Made by a program: the position numbers and the translations under genes. Positions 1-13,410 of a stretch of 64,000 nucleotides of DNA are shown here, piece after piece. The stretch's first letter is position 1. Each line of letters opens with the position of its first letter. The stretch comes from Antedon mediterranea (Eukaryota > Animalia > Echinodermata), in assembly GCF_964355755.1 (NCBI RefSeq), contig NC_092677.1:4858101-4922100 (forward strand). The letters are read 5' to 3'. The notes beneath the pieces are model-generated. The model saw nothing but the letters and a program-made list of their open reading frames with translations, ran no database searches and was not told the DNA's origin.

Positions 1-599
1 TCTTTAGTTTGGGCGTTTTCAACACGTTCTTTGATATTAATTGATTTTTTTTACTACTCAGCTGCTCACGTTATGCATAATTACAAGTAGTCTTTTGTTT
101 TTTGTAAAAAAATATTTTTAAAAGTATAATAGAAATTATTGCTTTTCTATTTCAGTTTTTTGTCTTTCTATTTATCATTTCAAAAACAGGTAAGTTTCTT
201 TTAAATTATGCCCTGATGCCCTCTTCTCTTACAGGAATTAGATTAGTTCTTTCTCTTATTGTAATATTTACTGTATACAACAAACATTCTAACAGATAGT
301 TTGGTTTTTAAATATTAGTTTTTAATTTAATAGAGATGTCCCTATCAAATTTGACTTGAGTAAACATTATTTATGGCAGCCAAAATGTGTATGCTTTATA
401 GTGTCCATCAACAGCCCAGTAATTTTTAAAAAGTAAGAACTTGTGAATTCATGCCTAGTTGAGTCCACAAACATACTAAATGAATCTAATATGCCCGGTT
501 TTCTTGAAATACTAGGCCCGATTGTTCTTTTGGCTGGCAATCCAGTATTCTTATTTTTAAGACATTACTCAAAATTTAATGTGTCTTAATTTTCAAAAG

Positions 600-929
600 C
601 ATATGGTCAATTTGTGACAATATCTGACCAGACAGCCAAGGAAGGTGATACTGAAGTGGTGATAACTTGTGATTATTCACAATTTACTTCTACTACTGAT
701 TCAATACAATGGGATGAACTAGATGAAGATGAAGCAGTTATTACTCCTGGTTTTGTTAATGATAAGAAGTTAGACAGTGGTCGTTTTAGATTGAACATAA
801 CACTTGGTAGAGCTAACTTGGTGATGTCACACCCAATGAGAAATGATTCTCAACGAAGATTTCAGTGTCATATACGAGCATCAAATGGAGATATTGAAAC
901 ATCAAATCCCTCTATTCTAACTGTATATT
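600..929 (+). CDS. Gene A exon, V-set-like Ig domain 1
   Basis: aag|CATATG acceptor, T|gtgagt donor, phase 1-1. Motifs ITC...IQW...ANLVM...DSQRRFQC; paralogous to 38877-39206 and 35833-35501. Confidence 0.9.
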
Positions 930-1209
930 GTGAGTAAATGACTAAATTTCAATATCATTATTATTCTATACTTATACTAGGTACGGTAACCCATTTCTTT
1001 TGTGTCTGGACTTAAACAAGTTTTCTTTACCTAAACAAATCTTTCATTAATCAGATGTGGATTTAGCTTTTTATTATTTTATTTATAAATAGAATTATTT
1101 TGATCCCTGTTTCAAAAAACATGATTTCTTTCAAAAAACATAAATATTATTGGTGTCCCTTATTTTTAGCTTTGATTTTACACCTTCATTTACTTACAGC
1201 TACAGACTA

Positions 1210-1554
1210 CTATGAAACGCCGTTTACGCAACTTCTATGATATGAATTTTATGACGCGATATGTGAATGAAATGCATCGATATGAATTGAATGGCGCGAA
1301 TTGAATGAAATGTTTTGAATTGAATGCTTTGAATTAAAATTTCAAAATATTTCATTCAAAACATTTCATTCAAAACTTTTTATTCAAAACATTCAATTCA
1401 AACCATTTTATTCAAAACATTTCATTCAAAACCGTCATTAAATTCAAAACATTTCATTCATATCGCGCCATTCAATTCATATCGATGCATTTCATTCACA
1501 TATCGCGTCATAAAATTCATACCATCGAAATGTTGCGTAAACGGCGTTCCATAG
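1210..1554. mobile_element. MITE with ~90-bp terminal inverted repeats and an internal 14-bp minisatellite
   Basis: CTATGAAACGCCGTTTACGCAAC... at the left end, ...GTTGCGTAAACGGCGTTCCATAG at the right end; internal (TTCAAAACATTTCA)n. Confidence 0.8.
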
Positions 1555-1626
1555 ACTTATACTGATAATTTTATGTTTAAAGTGATTTAACGTTTGTGAT
1601 GTATGTTTTGTCCCATGTTTTCCCAG

Positions 1627-1925
1627 ACATAGATCAACCACTTCTTAAGCCTCATCAAGTACTGTCTACAAAGGTCAATCAGTGACCTTCACCTGTAGTA
1701 AACCTAATGGTGATCCTATTCCTCACATTACTTGGTATAAAGATGGACAGACAGTCAACACCGACAGCCTTTCTAGATATGAGATTACAAATAGCAGTAC
1801 AGAGTCAGTCTTTAAGATTAAATCAGCTACTAAAGAAGATGATGGAAGATATACATGTAAAGCAGAAAGTGATCAGTTTAAAGGAGAAGATGCTAAAACA
1901 AGTGAAGGAAGATTGGTTGTATATT
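1627..1925 (+). CDS. Gene A exon, I-set Ig domain 2 (frameshifted near 1648)
   Basis: VTFTC..PIPHITWYKDG..KIKSATKEDDGRYTC. The exon is 299 nt, and CTTAA-GCC is one base short of the paralogs (CTTAATGTG, CTTGATACC). Confidence 0.85.
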
Positions 1926-2177
1926 GTATGTAAACGTTTTATAACATAACTAATCTATGTATAGTAATTGTAAATTAATATCATTTCCTTTATTTAGTTA
2001 GCCAACAAAAATAAATAGAGAACATGTCTGGAAAAAAAAAATATAAATATATAAAAAACAGTATTACAATAGGACTCTTAATCTGAATTTGGAGATAAAA
2101 GTGTACAGGAAAGAAAGGACTGCAGAATCTTTTAACAAATAATGGTAATGAATTAGTTGGGTATCTTTTTTTTTTAG

Positions 2178-2402
2178 ATGTTGATGTCAAATTTACATCT
2201 AGATATGGTATTGCAACCTGTACAGCAGAGGGCCATCCAAAGCCATCATCAGTATTGATATTACAAGATGGAGAAGTGGTTAAGAAAGGAGAAAATACAT
2301 CAACTATAGAAATAGAAGATGATGAGATATGTCAATCAAATCTTACATGCTATACAGAGAATGGAAAGCTTAACGAAACAACAACACTAGAGTGTAATGC
2401 AG
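2178..2402 (+). CDS. Gene A exon, short Ig-like domain 3
   Basis: ATCTAEGHPKPSS...ICQSNLTCYTENG, phase 1-1; paralogs at 39962-40186, 34562-34332 and 63195-62959. Confidence 0.85.
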
Positions 2403-2965
2403 GTATATGTACCATATTTCATAGAATCAAAGATATTGTGTTGCATGTTTTGTTTTTTGTTTTTGTTTCAGTTTAAATGCTATGAGTGAAGACATGTTGA
2501 TTAAGATCGAAACCGATATCTAATACCAGATATATTTGTGTTTATGGTTATATCAGGCCAATTGTCAGATATTTAAAAAATTAGGTTTAAGAACAATTTG
2601 CAGTGCTTTTATAGAAATGTATTTTAATTATATCTTCGTAATTTAATTTTATATTTTCATACCACACTACATACACACAATTCAAATACTCTTGTATAAC
2701 AATTTTGTACATGACTATTATTATTCAAAACAAACAATTAATTTCAGGTTTGTCAGTGTTTTTTTATAGGTACACCAAAACAAGTATGTGTCTAATCAAC
2801 GAATATGATTACATCCACCATCATGTCTTAAAAAAACTAAAGTCAAATAGTTATAGATTTTAAAGTTGTTTCAAGCAATAATTTTCTTTCTCAGAAATTG
2901 TATTGTTTTGACCATTCTTATAGTTTTGTTCATGGTTAATGGAAATGATAACTATTTGTTATTAG

Positions 2966-3061
2966 GTGGACGAATGCTGTACATCATTCTGATTGTTGTG
3001 ATTGTTGTGATTGTTGTGATTGGGCTGGTTTGTCTGTTCATATATTTAGTGCTTCTTGTTT
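2966..3061 (+). CDS. Gene A transmembrane exon
   Basis: GRMLYIILIVVIVVIVVIGLVCLFIYLVLLV, ag|...T|gtaagt; homologous to 41228-41308. Confidence 0.85.
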
Positions 3062-3339
3062 GTAAGTAAAGAATCTTATTTCTGAATTATTACTTTTTAT
3101 GTTCCATTTCAATAGTATTTCACAAATTGTATTACCATTTGAAGTGTATTTCCGTGTAATAAATAGCTGCAGGGCCTACTACTTTTATTAGTGTTTCCTT
3201 TTGAAGACGCGAGGTTTCTACCCCAAGTGACTGAGGCTAAATAAGGTATTTTTAATAGGTTTAGGAAAAATATAAAAAACATTTTTATGACTGTAACTTT
3301 CGGCAATTGTTGGTTTTATTGTTATGTGAAATGTTTTGG

Positions 3340-4700
3340 CCTTCCGAAAAATTGCATTTTGTTTTTAACCTAGGTCAAAGGTCAAATGTTTAAAAAGTGC
3401 AATTCAGTGAACCCAAACGTCAACCGGTACATACATACGGGCGTCGCGTCCCGGGACAGTAAATACCCTGTATGGGATACGGGCCACTTATGTGCGATTT
3501 TAGGATTTTTTATGATTGATAAAAGATTTTTAAACATTTTTTTATTGACACTTTGTGAAAATTTAAGTTACTGTATATCAAGTGCAAACTTTCTATTGAA
3601 ACTTTCTGTGGATTAAAAATGGCATGTTTTACACAAAGTTACGCGCGCACATGCAAAATGCGCCATATTAATTGCTAATCAACTTTCTACGCAAATCGTG
3701 ACATTTTACGCATGTCAACAATTCCCACGCGCGCGAATTATTTATGCGTACGGTGAGCACGGAGTATGAAAAACACGTTTTTTTCCTCTTGAATTTTGAT
3801 ATTCAAGCATTTCCTAGTCATTTTAGAACAAATTGAGATCATTTAAACTTTAAATTAAGCCATAAAAATACGTTGGATTAGACAATTTGTGTGCATTTTA
3901 GTTTAAAGAGTTACATCAAAATCATGCCTATTTTGAATTTATTATAGCTCCTCGGGATTAACCGTGACCCCCATTTTTTTTCATAATATGATCGAAAGTG
4001 GATAAGTTGTTGATATGAATCCATTTAAAATGTTTGCCTCTCGAATGTGGTGACATCATCGTATGGCCTTCCAAATATAAAATGAGATAATTTTTTTTTA
4101 TTATTTAACCGGTCAAAGTTGTAATGAGGTATCCTGTTGTGAATTGTTTACACAAACACAGGGTCCTTGTAACAGTAGTACAGTTTCTAGGTGGCCTTGA
4201 ACCACTGGATAAGGAGTCATAAATCATCAAAATTGGTGATTAAGAGCATTTATTACATCCCAGTGAGGCTCTCCTCATCAGGGTATGACTGGAAATTTAT
4301 CAAGGGACTTGTACACGTAATGTAGCTCATCACATTTTCTTGCTCAATCAATTTTAATTTTGATGTCATTATGTCAAAAAATTTCAATAACGTGGGTCAA
4401 TTATTTTCATCCTTACAGTAAATTTCAATGTGTTTTAGTTCGTCACTCTCATGGTTAAAATGTATTATCAAAGCCAATTGAAGTAAAAAAAGTCGGATTT
4501 TCATCTTTTGCGTATAGTATATCACATTTAAAAGAGTGCGCATCTATTGTCTATTTGTCAACATTATTTCTCCAACATGGTTATATGTTGTTTCTCAGAT
4601 TATTTTCTTCCAAAATTGTAATCTTCGTGTTTCTTTTTTGATGACGTGATCATGTTAAAAATTAGAATTAAAGCAGGTTTTCGTAATTTTCACATATGTA
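3340..4700 (+). mobile_element. Dispersed non-coding repeat (HINE/Helentron-like family), diverged copy
   Basis: 3611-3780 and 4480-4560 match 47620-47790 and 46910-46970 in reverse orientation. Boundaries are approximate. Confidence 0.5.
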
Positions 4701-5582
4701 CTAAACTGTAGGTATTTATTCTTTCCTTAGCATTATTTTGTCTGTCAATTATTTTGAGATCAATTTCATCTAGCTAAGTTAATTTTTCAGAGTATATTCC
4801 TTATGGCCAGGAATCGATGTGATTATCTTTTCATGTTGCAGTGCGCAATCAAAAATTGAACGAAATCACGTTTGTAATCATATACCTTCATACAAGCATG
4901 TATCATAATTAAATCAAATTTGGTACTCATAGGTTTCAGGTAATATAGATAGATTATTACATACCGCAATGAATCATCATTTTTTACTGATGATATCTTT
5001 AACAAGTTTGTTAATGATGCACTGTCAAAGTATACACTTTCAACTTTATATATGAACATTGTAAAGAAGGAGGTTAATGATTTTGTTTGATTGTCGAAAT
5101 TAAATGTTTTGAATTTAATATGCAATTAATGGTAACTTATGCGGAGGGATCTTTGATTGGGTTGTTTTATTCAAGTGTATGGCTTAATGTGCAGTGATAC
5201 CGGCTATTGTATTTGGGTTACCAATTACCTATCTTTCATATATTATAAATAATTAAAGATCTGACAAAATCAATCAATATATTTTAAAAATCAATTATCT
5301 GTATTTAAATCAATGCATTTAACCCTACAGTATAATTCGTCTAGTTATATTTTTGTGTTTATATGTGAAATAGTAAGGTGTATGAATATTATTATTCAAA
5401 TTCAATTTTAATTTATATCTTAGGTTTTTTTTTAGACAATTGAGTTAGGTTTCTTTTGTCAAACATTTTACCTAAATGCCATTATTTTGTAATTTTATAA
5501 CAATAGATAAATATTGTTTACCATCCTATATGAGATATGAGATAATTATTCAATTTTAATCAAATCATTTTTATTTCATAAG

Positions 5583-5821
5583 ACCGCAATAAAAACCAAC
5601 TGAATACATGCAGGTGAGTTTATTTGCATACTCTATTTTGATTAAATTGAGTACATCATTATGACACTTGTAATTAAACATTGAATTGATGATATAAATA
5701 TGGTGGTATATCAATGACCAAAAGTTAAAAGAAACATTTGTTTGTGTTAACTACAGAAGTGGAGAAGATGCATGTGATGGTCCAAGTTCACCAAACCAGG
5801 TTGGCTATAATGAAGAACAAG
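5583..5821 (+). CDS. Gene A post-TM micro-exons, copy 1 (5583-5613 and fused exon 5757-5821)
   Basis: RNKNQLNTCR + SGEDACDGPSSPNQVGYNEEQ; 31+65=96 nt, phase 1 to 1. Confidence 0.6.
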
Positions 5822-6009
5822 GTAAACTTTGACATTATTCTGTATACTTTCAATGTCAACATGAGAATGCATTCAAACAATCAAAACCCACTTGTGCTGT
5901 TATTTTTGGCTTATTAAGTGTACTATATTTTTTAATTTGTCTTTTATTAATGAGGGAAGACTGTGTTTTATTGAGCCAATTATTTTACTATTATTGGAAG
6001 TAGGCCTAC

Positions 6010-7363
6010 TGTCACACAGCCGCAATTACGACTCTTTCGGACATGTAATATCTGGTAACCACCGGTAAACAACGGTAAATAGCCACAACTGTACACATAT
6101 AAATGTAAAAAGTAAATTTAATAATAGTCTTTGACAAACAATTCTTCCTTTATAATCCAAACCACCCCCCCCCCCCCCAAAAAAAAAAAAACCCACAAAA
6201 AAGCCCACCCAATTCTCAAACAATGATACAGTATCCCTATTCCCCACACAATTTATACACTTTCCCAAATTCCCAATCCTTCCAGACAAAATATCAACAA
6301 TCTTCTTATTGTCAAATAAATCCCAGAACCCCCCTTCCAAATACAATATTATCACAAGATGAATAATTAAACAATAATAAATGTCCACAATATCGTTCCT
6401 TCTTGCCTTTTCTCCTACGCTGACACAAAACAAATTCGAAAGATAAAAGTTAAAACGATTCTGCAACTAAACAACTCCCACGCCTCTGCTCCCGTTCTGC
6501 TTGTATTCCCAATTATAATTCTTCTCAAACTGCAACTATTTTCTGACATATAAATAAATAAATGAAATATAAAGTTAAAATGTTTCTTGATGTCTTTCTG
6601 TACTGCCTTATAGTATTACTTCCATAATTATTTCCAACGCACAATTTATTAACTTCATGTATATTACTTTATTTCCTTCCTGCTTCAGCTCTATTTTCTG
6701 CTTCAGCTCTATATCACCATAATTATTTCCAACTCACAATTTGTTAACTTCATGTATATCACCATAGCTATTTCCAACGCACAATTTATTAACTTCATGT
6801 ATATCACTTTATTTCCTTTCTGCTTCAGCTCTATATCACCATAACTATTTCCAACGCACAATTTATTAACTTCATGTATATCACTTTATTTCCTTTCTGC
6901 TTCAGCTCTATATCACCATAATTATTTCCAACTCACAATTTATTAACTTCATAGTATATCACCTAATTTCCTTTCCGCTTCAGCTCTATATCACCATAAT
7001 TCTTTCCAACCCACACTTTATTAACTTCATATGTATCACTTTACTTCCTTTCTGCTTCAACATAACATAGCCCTCCTTCTCTGTCTCCTCTCAATTTTCA
7101 TCTCTCTCTCAACATTCCCTCAATTGCACACACACCACCACCTTATCCTTCTCAACCAATCAGCAACTCACACACCAAGTCAACTCTTACACCTCTCCTC
7201 CAATCAGCAACCTCCACACACTCCTTCTCTGCACACAAACACTCTGCTCCACTGGCTTCAAACAATAGTTTCCTAAAACAAAAGAAAGGTTCAAATAATG
7301 AAAACAAAAGGAAAAGTAAGCATGACTTGCAAAATAAATACAAAACTTATGTCACTTGTGACA
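6010..7363 (-). mobile_element. Gypsy LTR copy 1, with adjacent PPT and ~90 bp of internal sequence
   Basis: TGTCAC...GTGACA termini; followed on + by TTTACTCCCCTCT (PPT on the minus strand). Confidence 0.9.
6620..7060. repeat. ~77-bp minisatellite inside the LTR (present in every full LTR copy)
   Basis: Tandem units TTATTTCCTTTCTGCTTCAGCTCTATATCACCATAA.TATTTCCAAC.CACAATTTATTAACTTCATGTATATCACT. Confidence 0.85.
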
Positions 7364-8621
7364 TTTACTCCCCTCTAAAAGAATAATGTCCCAACATTTT
7401 CTTCAAACCGGAATGGGTCCTAATACTTTGAAACATGTGTTTGTTGTTTGATTGTTGATTGATTTCAATGTGTTATAGTTCGTCACTCTCATGGTTAAAA
7501 TGTATTATCAAAGCCAATTGAAGTAAAAAAGTCGGATTTTCATCTTTTGCGTATAGTATATCACATTTAAAAGAGTGCGCATCTATTGTCTATTTGTCAA
7601 CATTATTTCTCCAACATGGTTATATGTTGTTTCTCAGATTATTTTCTTCCAAAATTGTAATCTTCGTGTTTCTTTTTTGATGACGTGATCATGTTAAAAA
7701 TTAGAATTAAAGCAGGTTTTCGTAATTTTCACATATGTACTAAACTGTAGGTATTTATTTTTTCCTTAGCATTATTTTGTCTGTCAATTATTTTGAGATC
7801 AATTTCATCTAGCTAAGTTAATTTTTCAGAGTATATTCCTTATGGCCAGGAATCGATGTGATTATCTTTTCATGTTGCAGTGCGCAATCAAAAATTGAAC
7901 GAAATCACGTTTGTAATCATATACCTTCATACAAGCATGTATCATAATTAAATCAAATTTGGTACTCATAGGTTTCAGGTAATATAGATAGATTATTACA
8001 TACCGCAATGAATCATCATTTTTTACTGATGATATCTTTAACAAGTTTGTTAATGATGCACTGTCAAAGTATACACTTTCAACTTTATATATGAACATTG
8101 TAAAGAAGGAGGTTAATGATTTTGTTTGATTGTCGAAATTAAATGTTTTGAATTTAATATGCAATTAATGGTAACTTATGCGGAGGGATCTTTGATTGGG
8201 TTGTTTTATTCAAGTGTATGGCTTGATGTGCAGTGATACCGGCTATTGTATTTGGGTTACCAATTACCTATCTTTCATATATTATAAATAATTAAAGATC
8301 TGACAAAATCAATCAATGTATTTTAAAAATCAATTATCTGTATTTAAATCAATGCATTTAACCCTACAGTATAATTCGTCTAGTTATATTTTTGTGTTTA
8401 TATGTGAAATAGTAAGGTGTATGAATATTATTATTCAAATTCAATTTTAATTTATATCTTAGGTTTTTTTTTAGACAATTCAGTTAGGTTTCTTTTGTCA
8501 AACATTTTACCTAAATGCCATTATTTTGTAATTTTATAACAATAGATAAATATTGTTTACCATCCTATATGAGATATGAGATAATTATTCAATTTTAATC
8601 AAATCATTTTTATTTCATAAG

Positions 8622-9539
8622 ACCGCAATAAAAACCAACTGAATACATGCAGGTGAGTTTATTTGCATACTCTATTTTGATTAAATTGAGTACATCATTA
8701 TGACACTTGTAATTAAACATTGAATTGATGATATAAATATGGTGGTATATCAATGACCAAAAGTTAAAAGAAACATTTGTTTGTGTTAACTACAGAAGTG
8801 GAGAAGATGAATGTGATGGTGCACATTTTCCACTTGTAAGCAAATCAAGTTCACCAAACCAGGTTGGCTATAATGATTATTTATGATTTAATTAAAAGTT
8901 TTACACAATTTTACAGGCGTGGTTCTGCACAGCTTCGTATAACCATCGACTTAACTATTGAACGCAAAACAAAACACTGTTGACTGAATGAACGGTCAAC
9001 AATCAAACAATCGACGGTTCCCACAACACGCAAAAAACATTATGTCACTTGTATTTTTACTGGTGGAAAATTACGATTGCCGATTTGCTGGGCAATACAT
9101 GAGAGTTTAATTTCATTTATGTGCGAGAGTACCATTTCCGACCATAGGGGTGTCATTTACCAAGATTTGCTTCAACGCAGGGGGGGGGGGGTGGGTCTGG
9201 CTGTGGCTCATGTGCTTAGTGCCTGGTCTGACCCCCACCCCTGATTTTTAAACATGCTGATAGTTGTGTTTTTTTGGGTTTCGTAAATATGCTAAAATAC
9301 AGTTTTGTTAATTTTGGGTGTAATTTCTGTGGTCCCCAAATTCTTGTTGAAGCTTATTAATTTAAATAAATTACTTTACTTTTATCCAGTTACTATGCAG
9401 TAACAAAGAACTACAGCATAGAATTAGTGAAAGTGTTTAATAGTTTGAAAACAAGATTCTTTATAAATTCCTTTTTTTTTTCAGAAAAGTTCTGATTGTG
9501 AAGGCAGTACACTTTTACCAGAACACCCAGAAGAACAAG
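8622..9539 (+). CDS. Gene A micro-exon triplet copy 2 (8622-8652, 8796-8862, 9485-9539); repeated at 12309-13222, 16015-16929 and 22181-22992
   Basis: 31+67+55=153 nt, RNKNQLNTCRSGEDECDGAHFPLVSKSSSPNQKSSDCEGSTLLPEHPEEQ. Same phases (1-2, 2-0, 0-1) as gene C exons 42044-42083, 42248-42374 and 42715-42769. Confidence 0.7.
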
Positions 9540-9727
9540 GTAAACTTTGACATTATTCTGTATACTTTCAATGTCAAAATGAGAATGCATTCAAACAATC
9601 AAAACCAACTTGTGCTGTTATTTTTGGCTTATTAAGTGTACTATATTTTTTAATTTGTCTTTTATTAATGAGGGAAGACTGTGTTTTATTGAGCCAATTA
9701 TTTTACTATTATTGGAAGTAGGCCTAC

Positions 9728-11051
9728 TGTCACACAGCCGCAATTACGACTCTTTCGGACATGTAATATCTGGTAACCACCGGTAAACAACGGTAAATAG
9801 CCACAACTGTACACATATAAATGTAAAAAGTAAATTTAATAATAGTCTTTGACAAACAATTCTTCCTTTATAATCCAAACCACCCCCCCCCCCCCCAAAA
9901 AAAAACCCACAAAAAAGCCCACCCAATTCTCAAACAATGATACAGTATCCCTATTCCCCACACAATTTATACACTTTCCCAAATTCCCAATCCTTCCAGA
10001 CAAAATATCAACAATCTTCTTATTGTCAAATAAATCCCAGAACCCCCCTTCCAAATACAATATTATCACAAGATGAATAATTAAACAATAATAAATGTCC
10101 ACAATATCGTTCCTTCTTGCCTTTTCTCCTACGCTGACACAAAACAAATTCGAAAGATAAAAGTTAAAACGATTCTGCAACTAAACAACTCCCACGCCTC
10201 TGCTCCCGTTCTGCTTGTATTCCCAATTATAATTCTTCTCAAACTGCAACTATTTTCTGACATATAAATAAATAAATGAAATATAAAGTTAAAATGTTTC
10301 TTGATGTCTTTCTGTACTGCCTTATAGTATTACTTCCATAATTATTTCCAACGCACAATTTATTAACTTCATGTATAATATTACTTTATTTCCTTCCTGC
10401 TTCAGCTCTATTTTCTGCTTCAGCTCTATATCACCATAATTATTTCCAACTCACAATTTATTAACTTCATGTATATCACCATAGCTATTTCCAACGCACA
10501 ATTTATTAACTTCATGTATATCACTTTATTTCCTTTCTGCTTCAGCTCTATATCACCATAACTATTTCCAACGCACAATTTATTAACTTCATGTATATCA
10601 CTTTATTTCCTTTCTGCTTCAGCTCTATATCACCATAATTATTTCCAACTCACAATTTATTAACTTCATAGTATATCACCTAATTTCCTTTCCGCTTCAG
10701 CTCTATATCACCATAATTCTTTCCAACCCACACTTTATTAACTTCATATGTATCACTTTACTTCCTTTCTGTCTCCTCTCAATTTTCATCTCTCTCTCAA
10801 CATTCCCTCAATTGCACACACACCACCACCTTATCCTTCTCAACCAATCAGCAACTCACACACCAAGTCAACTCTTACACCTCTCCTCCAATCAGCAACC
10901 TCCACACACTCCTTCTCTGCACACAAACACTCTGCTCCACTGGCTTCAAACAATAGTTTCCTAAAACAAAAGAAAGGTTCAAATAATGAAAACAAAAGGA
11001 AAAGTAAGCATGACTTGCAAAATAAATACAAAACTTATGTCACTTGTGACA
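9728..11051 (-). mobile_element. Gypsy LTR copy 2
   Basis: TGTCAC...GTGACA; near-identical to copy 1 with a small internal deletion near 10770. Confidence 0.9.
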
Positions 11052-13410
11052 TTTACTCCCCTCTAAAAGAATAATGTCCCAACATTTTCTTCAAACCGGA
11101 ATGGGTCCTAATACTTTGAAACATGTGTTTGTTGTTTGATTGTTGATTGATTTCAATGTGTTATAGTTCGTCACTCTCATGGTTAAAATGTATTATCAAA
11201 GCCAATTGAAGTAAAAAAGTCGGATTTTCATCTTTTGCGTATAGTATATCACATTTAAAAGAGTGCGCATCTATTGTCTATTTGTCAACATTATTTCTCC
11301 AACATGGTTATATGTTGTTTCTCAGATTATTTTCTTCCAAAATTGTAATCTTCGTGTTTCTTTTTTGATGACGTGATCATGTTAAAAATTAGAATTAAAG
11401 CAGGTTTTCGTAATTTTCACATATGTACTAAACTGTAGGTATTTATTCTTTCCTTAGCATTATTTTGTCTGTCAATTATTTTGAGATCAATTTCATCTAG
11501 CTAAGTTAATTTTTCAGAGTATATTCCTTATGGCCAGGAATCGATGTGATTATCTTTTCATGTTGCAGTGCGCAATCAAAAATTGAACGAAATCACGTTT
11601 GTAATCATATACCTTCATACAAGCATGTATCATAATTAAATCAAATTTGGTACTCATAGGTTTCAGGTAATATAGATAGATTATTACATACCGCAATGAA
11701 TCATCATTTTTTACTGATGATATCTTTAACAAGTTTGTTAATGATGCACTGTCAAAGTATACACTTTCAACTTTATATATGAACATTGTAAAGAAGGAGG
11801 TTAATGATTTTGTTTGATTGTCGAAATTAAATGTTTTGAATTTAATATGCAATTAATGGTAACTTATGCGGAGGGATCTTTGATTGGGTTGTTTTATTCA
11901 AGTGTATGGCTTGATGTGCAGTGATACCGGCTATTGTATTTGGGTTACCAATTACCTATCTTTCATTATTATAAATAATTAAAGATCTGACAAAATCAAT
12001 CAATGTATTTTAAAAATCAATTATCTGTATTTAAATCAATGCATTTAACCCTACAGTATAATTCGTCTAGTTATATTTTTGTGTTTATATGTGAAATAGT
12101 AAGGTGTATGAATATTATTATTCAAATTCAATTTTAATTTATATCTTAGGTTTTTTTTTAGACAATTCAGTTAGGTTTCTTTTGTCAAACATTTTACCTA
12201 AATGCCATTATTTTGTAATTTTATAACAATAGATAAATATTGTTTACCATCCTATATGAGATATGAGATAATTATTCAATTTTAATCAAATCATTTTTAT
12301 TTCATAAGACCGCAATAAAAACCAACTGAATACATGCAGGTGAGTTTATTTGCATACTCTATTTTGATTAAATTGAGTACATCATTATGACACTTGTAAT
12401 TAAACATTGAATTGATGATATAAATATGGTGGTATATCAATGACCAAAAGTTAAAAGAAACATTTGTTTGTGTTAACTACAGAAGTGGAGAAGATGAATG
12501 TGATGGTGCACATTTTCCACTTGTAAGCAAATCAAGTTCACCAAACCAGGTTGGCTATAATGATTATTTATGATTTAATTAAAAGTTTTACACAATTTTA
12601 CAGGCGTGGTTCTGCACAGCTTCGTATAACCATCGACTTAACTATTGAACGCAAAACAAAACACTGTTGACTGAATGAACGGTCAACAATCAAACAATCG
12701 ACGGTTCCCACAACACGCAAAAAACATTATGTCACTTGTATTTTTACTGGTGGAAAATTACGATTGCCGATTTGCTGGGCAATACATGAGAGTTTAATTT
12801 CATTTATGTGCGAGAGTACCATTTCCGACCATAGGGGTGTCATTTACCAAGATTTGCTTCAACGCAGGGGGGGGGGGTCTGGCTGTGGCTCATGTGCTTA
12901 GTGCCTGGTCTGACCCCCACCCCTGATTTTTAAACATGCTGATAGTTGTGTTTTTTTGGGTTTCGTAAATATGCTAAAATACAGTTTTGTTAATTTTGGG
13001 TGTAATTTCTGTGGTCCCCAAATTCTTGTTGAAGCTTATTAATTTAAATAAATTACTTTACTTTTATCCAGTTACTATGCAGTAACAAAGAACTACAGCA
13101 TAGAATTAGTGAAAGTGTTTAATAGTTTGAAAACAAGATTCTTTATAAATTCCTTTTTTTTTTTCAGAAAAGTTCTGATTGTGAAGGCAGTACACTTTTA
13201 CCAGAACACCCAGAAGAACAAGGTAAACTTTGACATTATTCTGTATACTTTCAATGTCAACATGAGAATGCATTCAAACAATCAAAACCAACTTGTGCTG
13301 TTATTTTTGGCTTATTAAGTGTACTATATTTTTTAATTTGTCTTTTATTAATGAGGGAAGACTGTGTTTTATTGAGCCAATTATTTTACTATTATTGGAA
13401 GTAGGCCTAC

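Noticed and set aside
1260-1520. Long hairpin as a structured ncRNA or miRNA precursor
   Set aside because: Better explained as MITE terminal inverted repeats with an internal minisatellite.
4823-5125. 100-aa ORF repeated identically five times, and the 60-146 aa ORFs inside the LTRs
   Set aside because: Identity reflects the recent DNA duplication. The ORFs have non-ATG starts or frames that change with homopolymer length, and no protein motifs.
6620-7060. Regularly spaced repeats resembling a CRISPR array
   Set aside because: The units are contiguous with no unique spacers and lie inside a eukaryotic LTR; this is a minisatellite and no cas genes are present.
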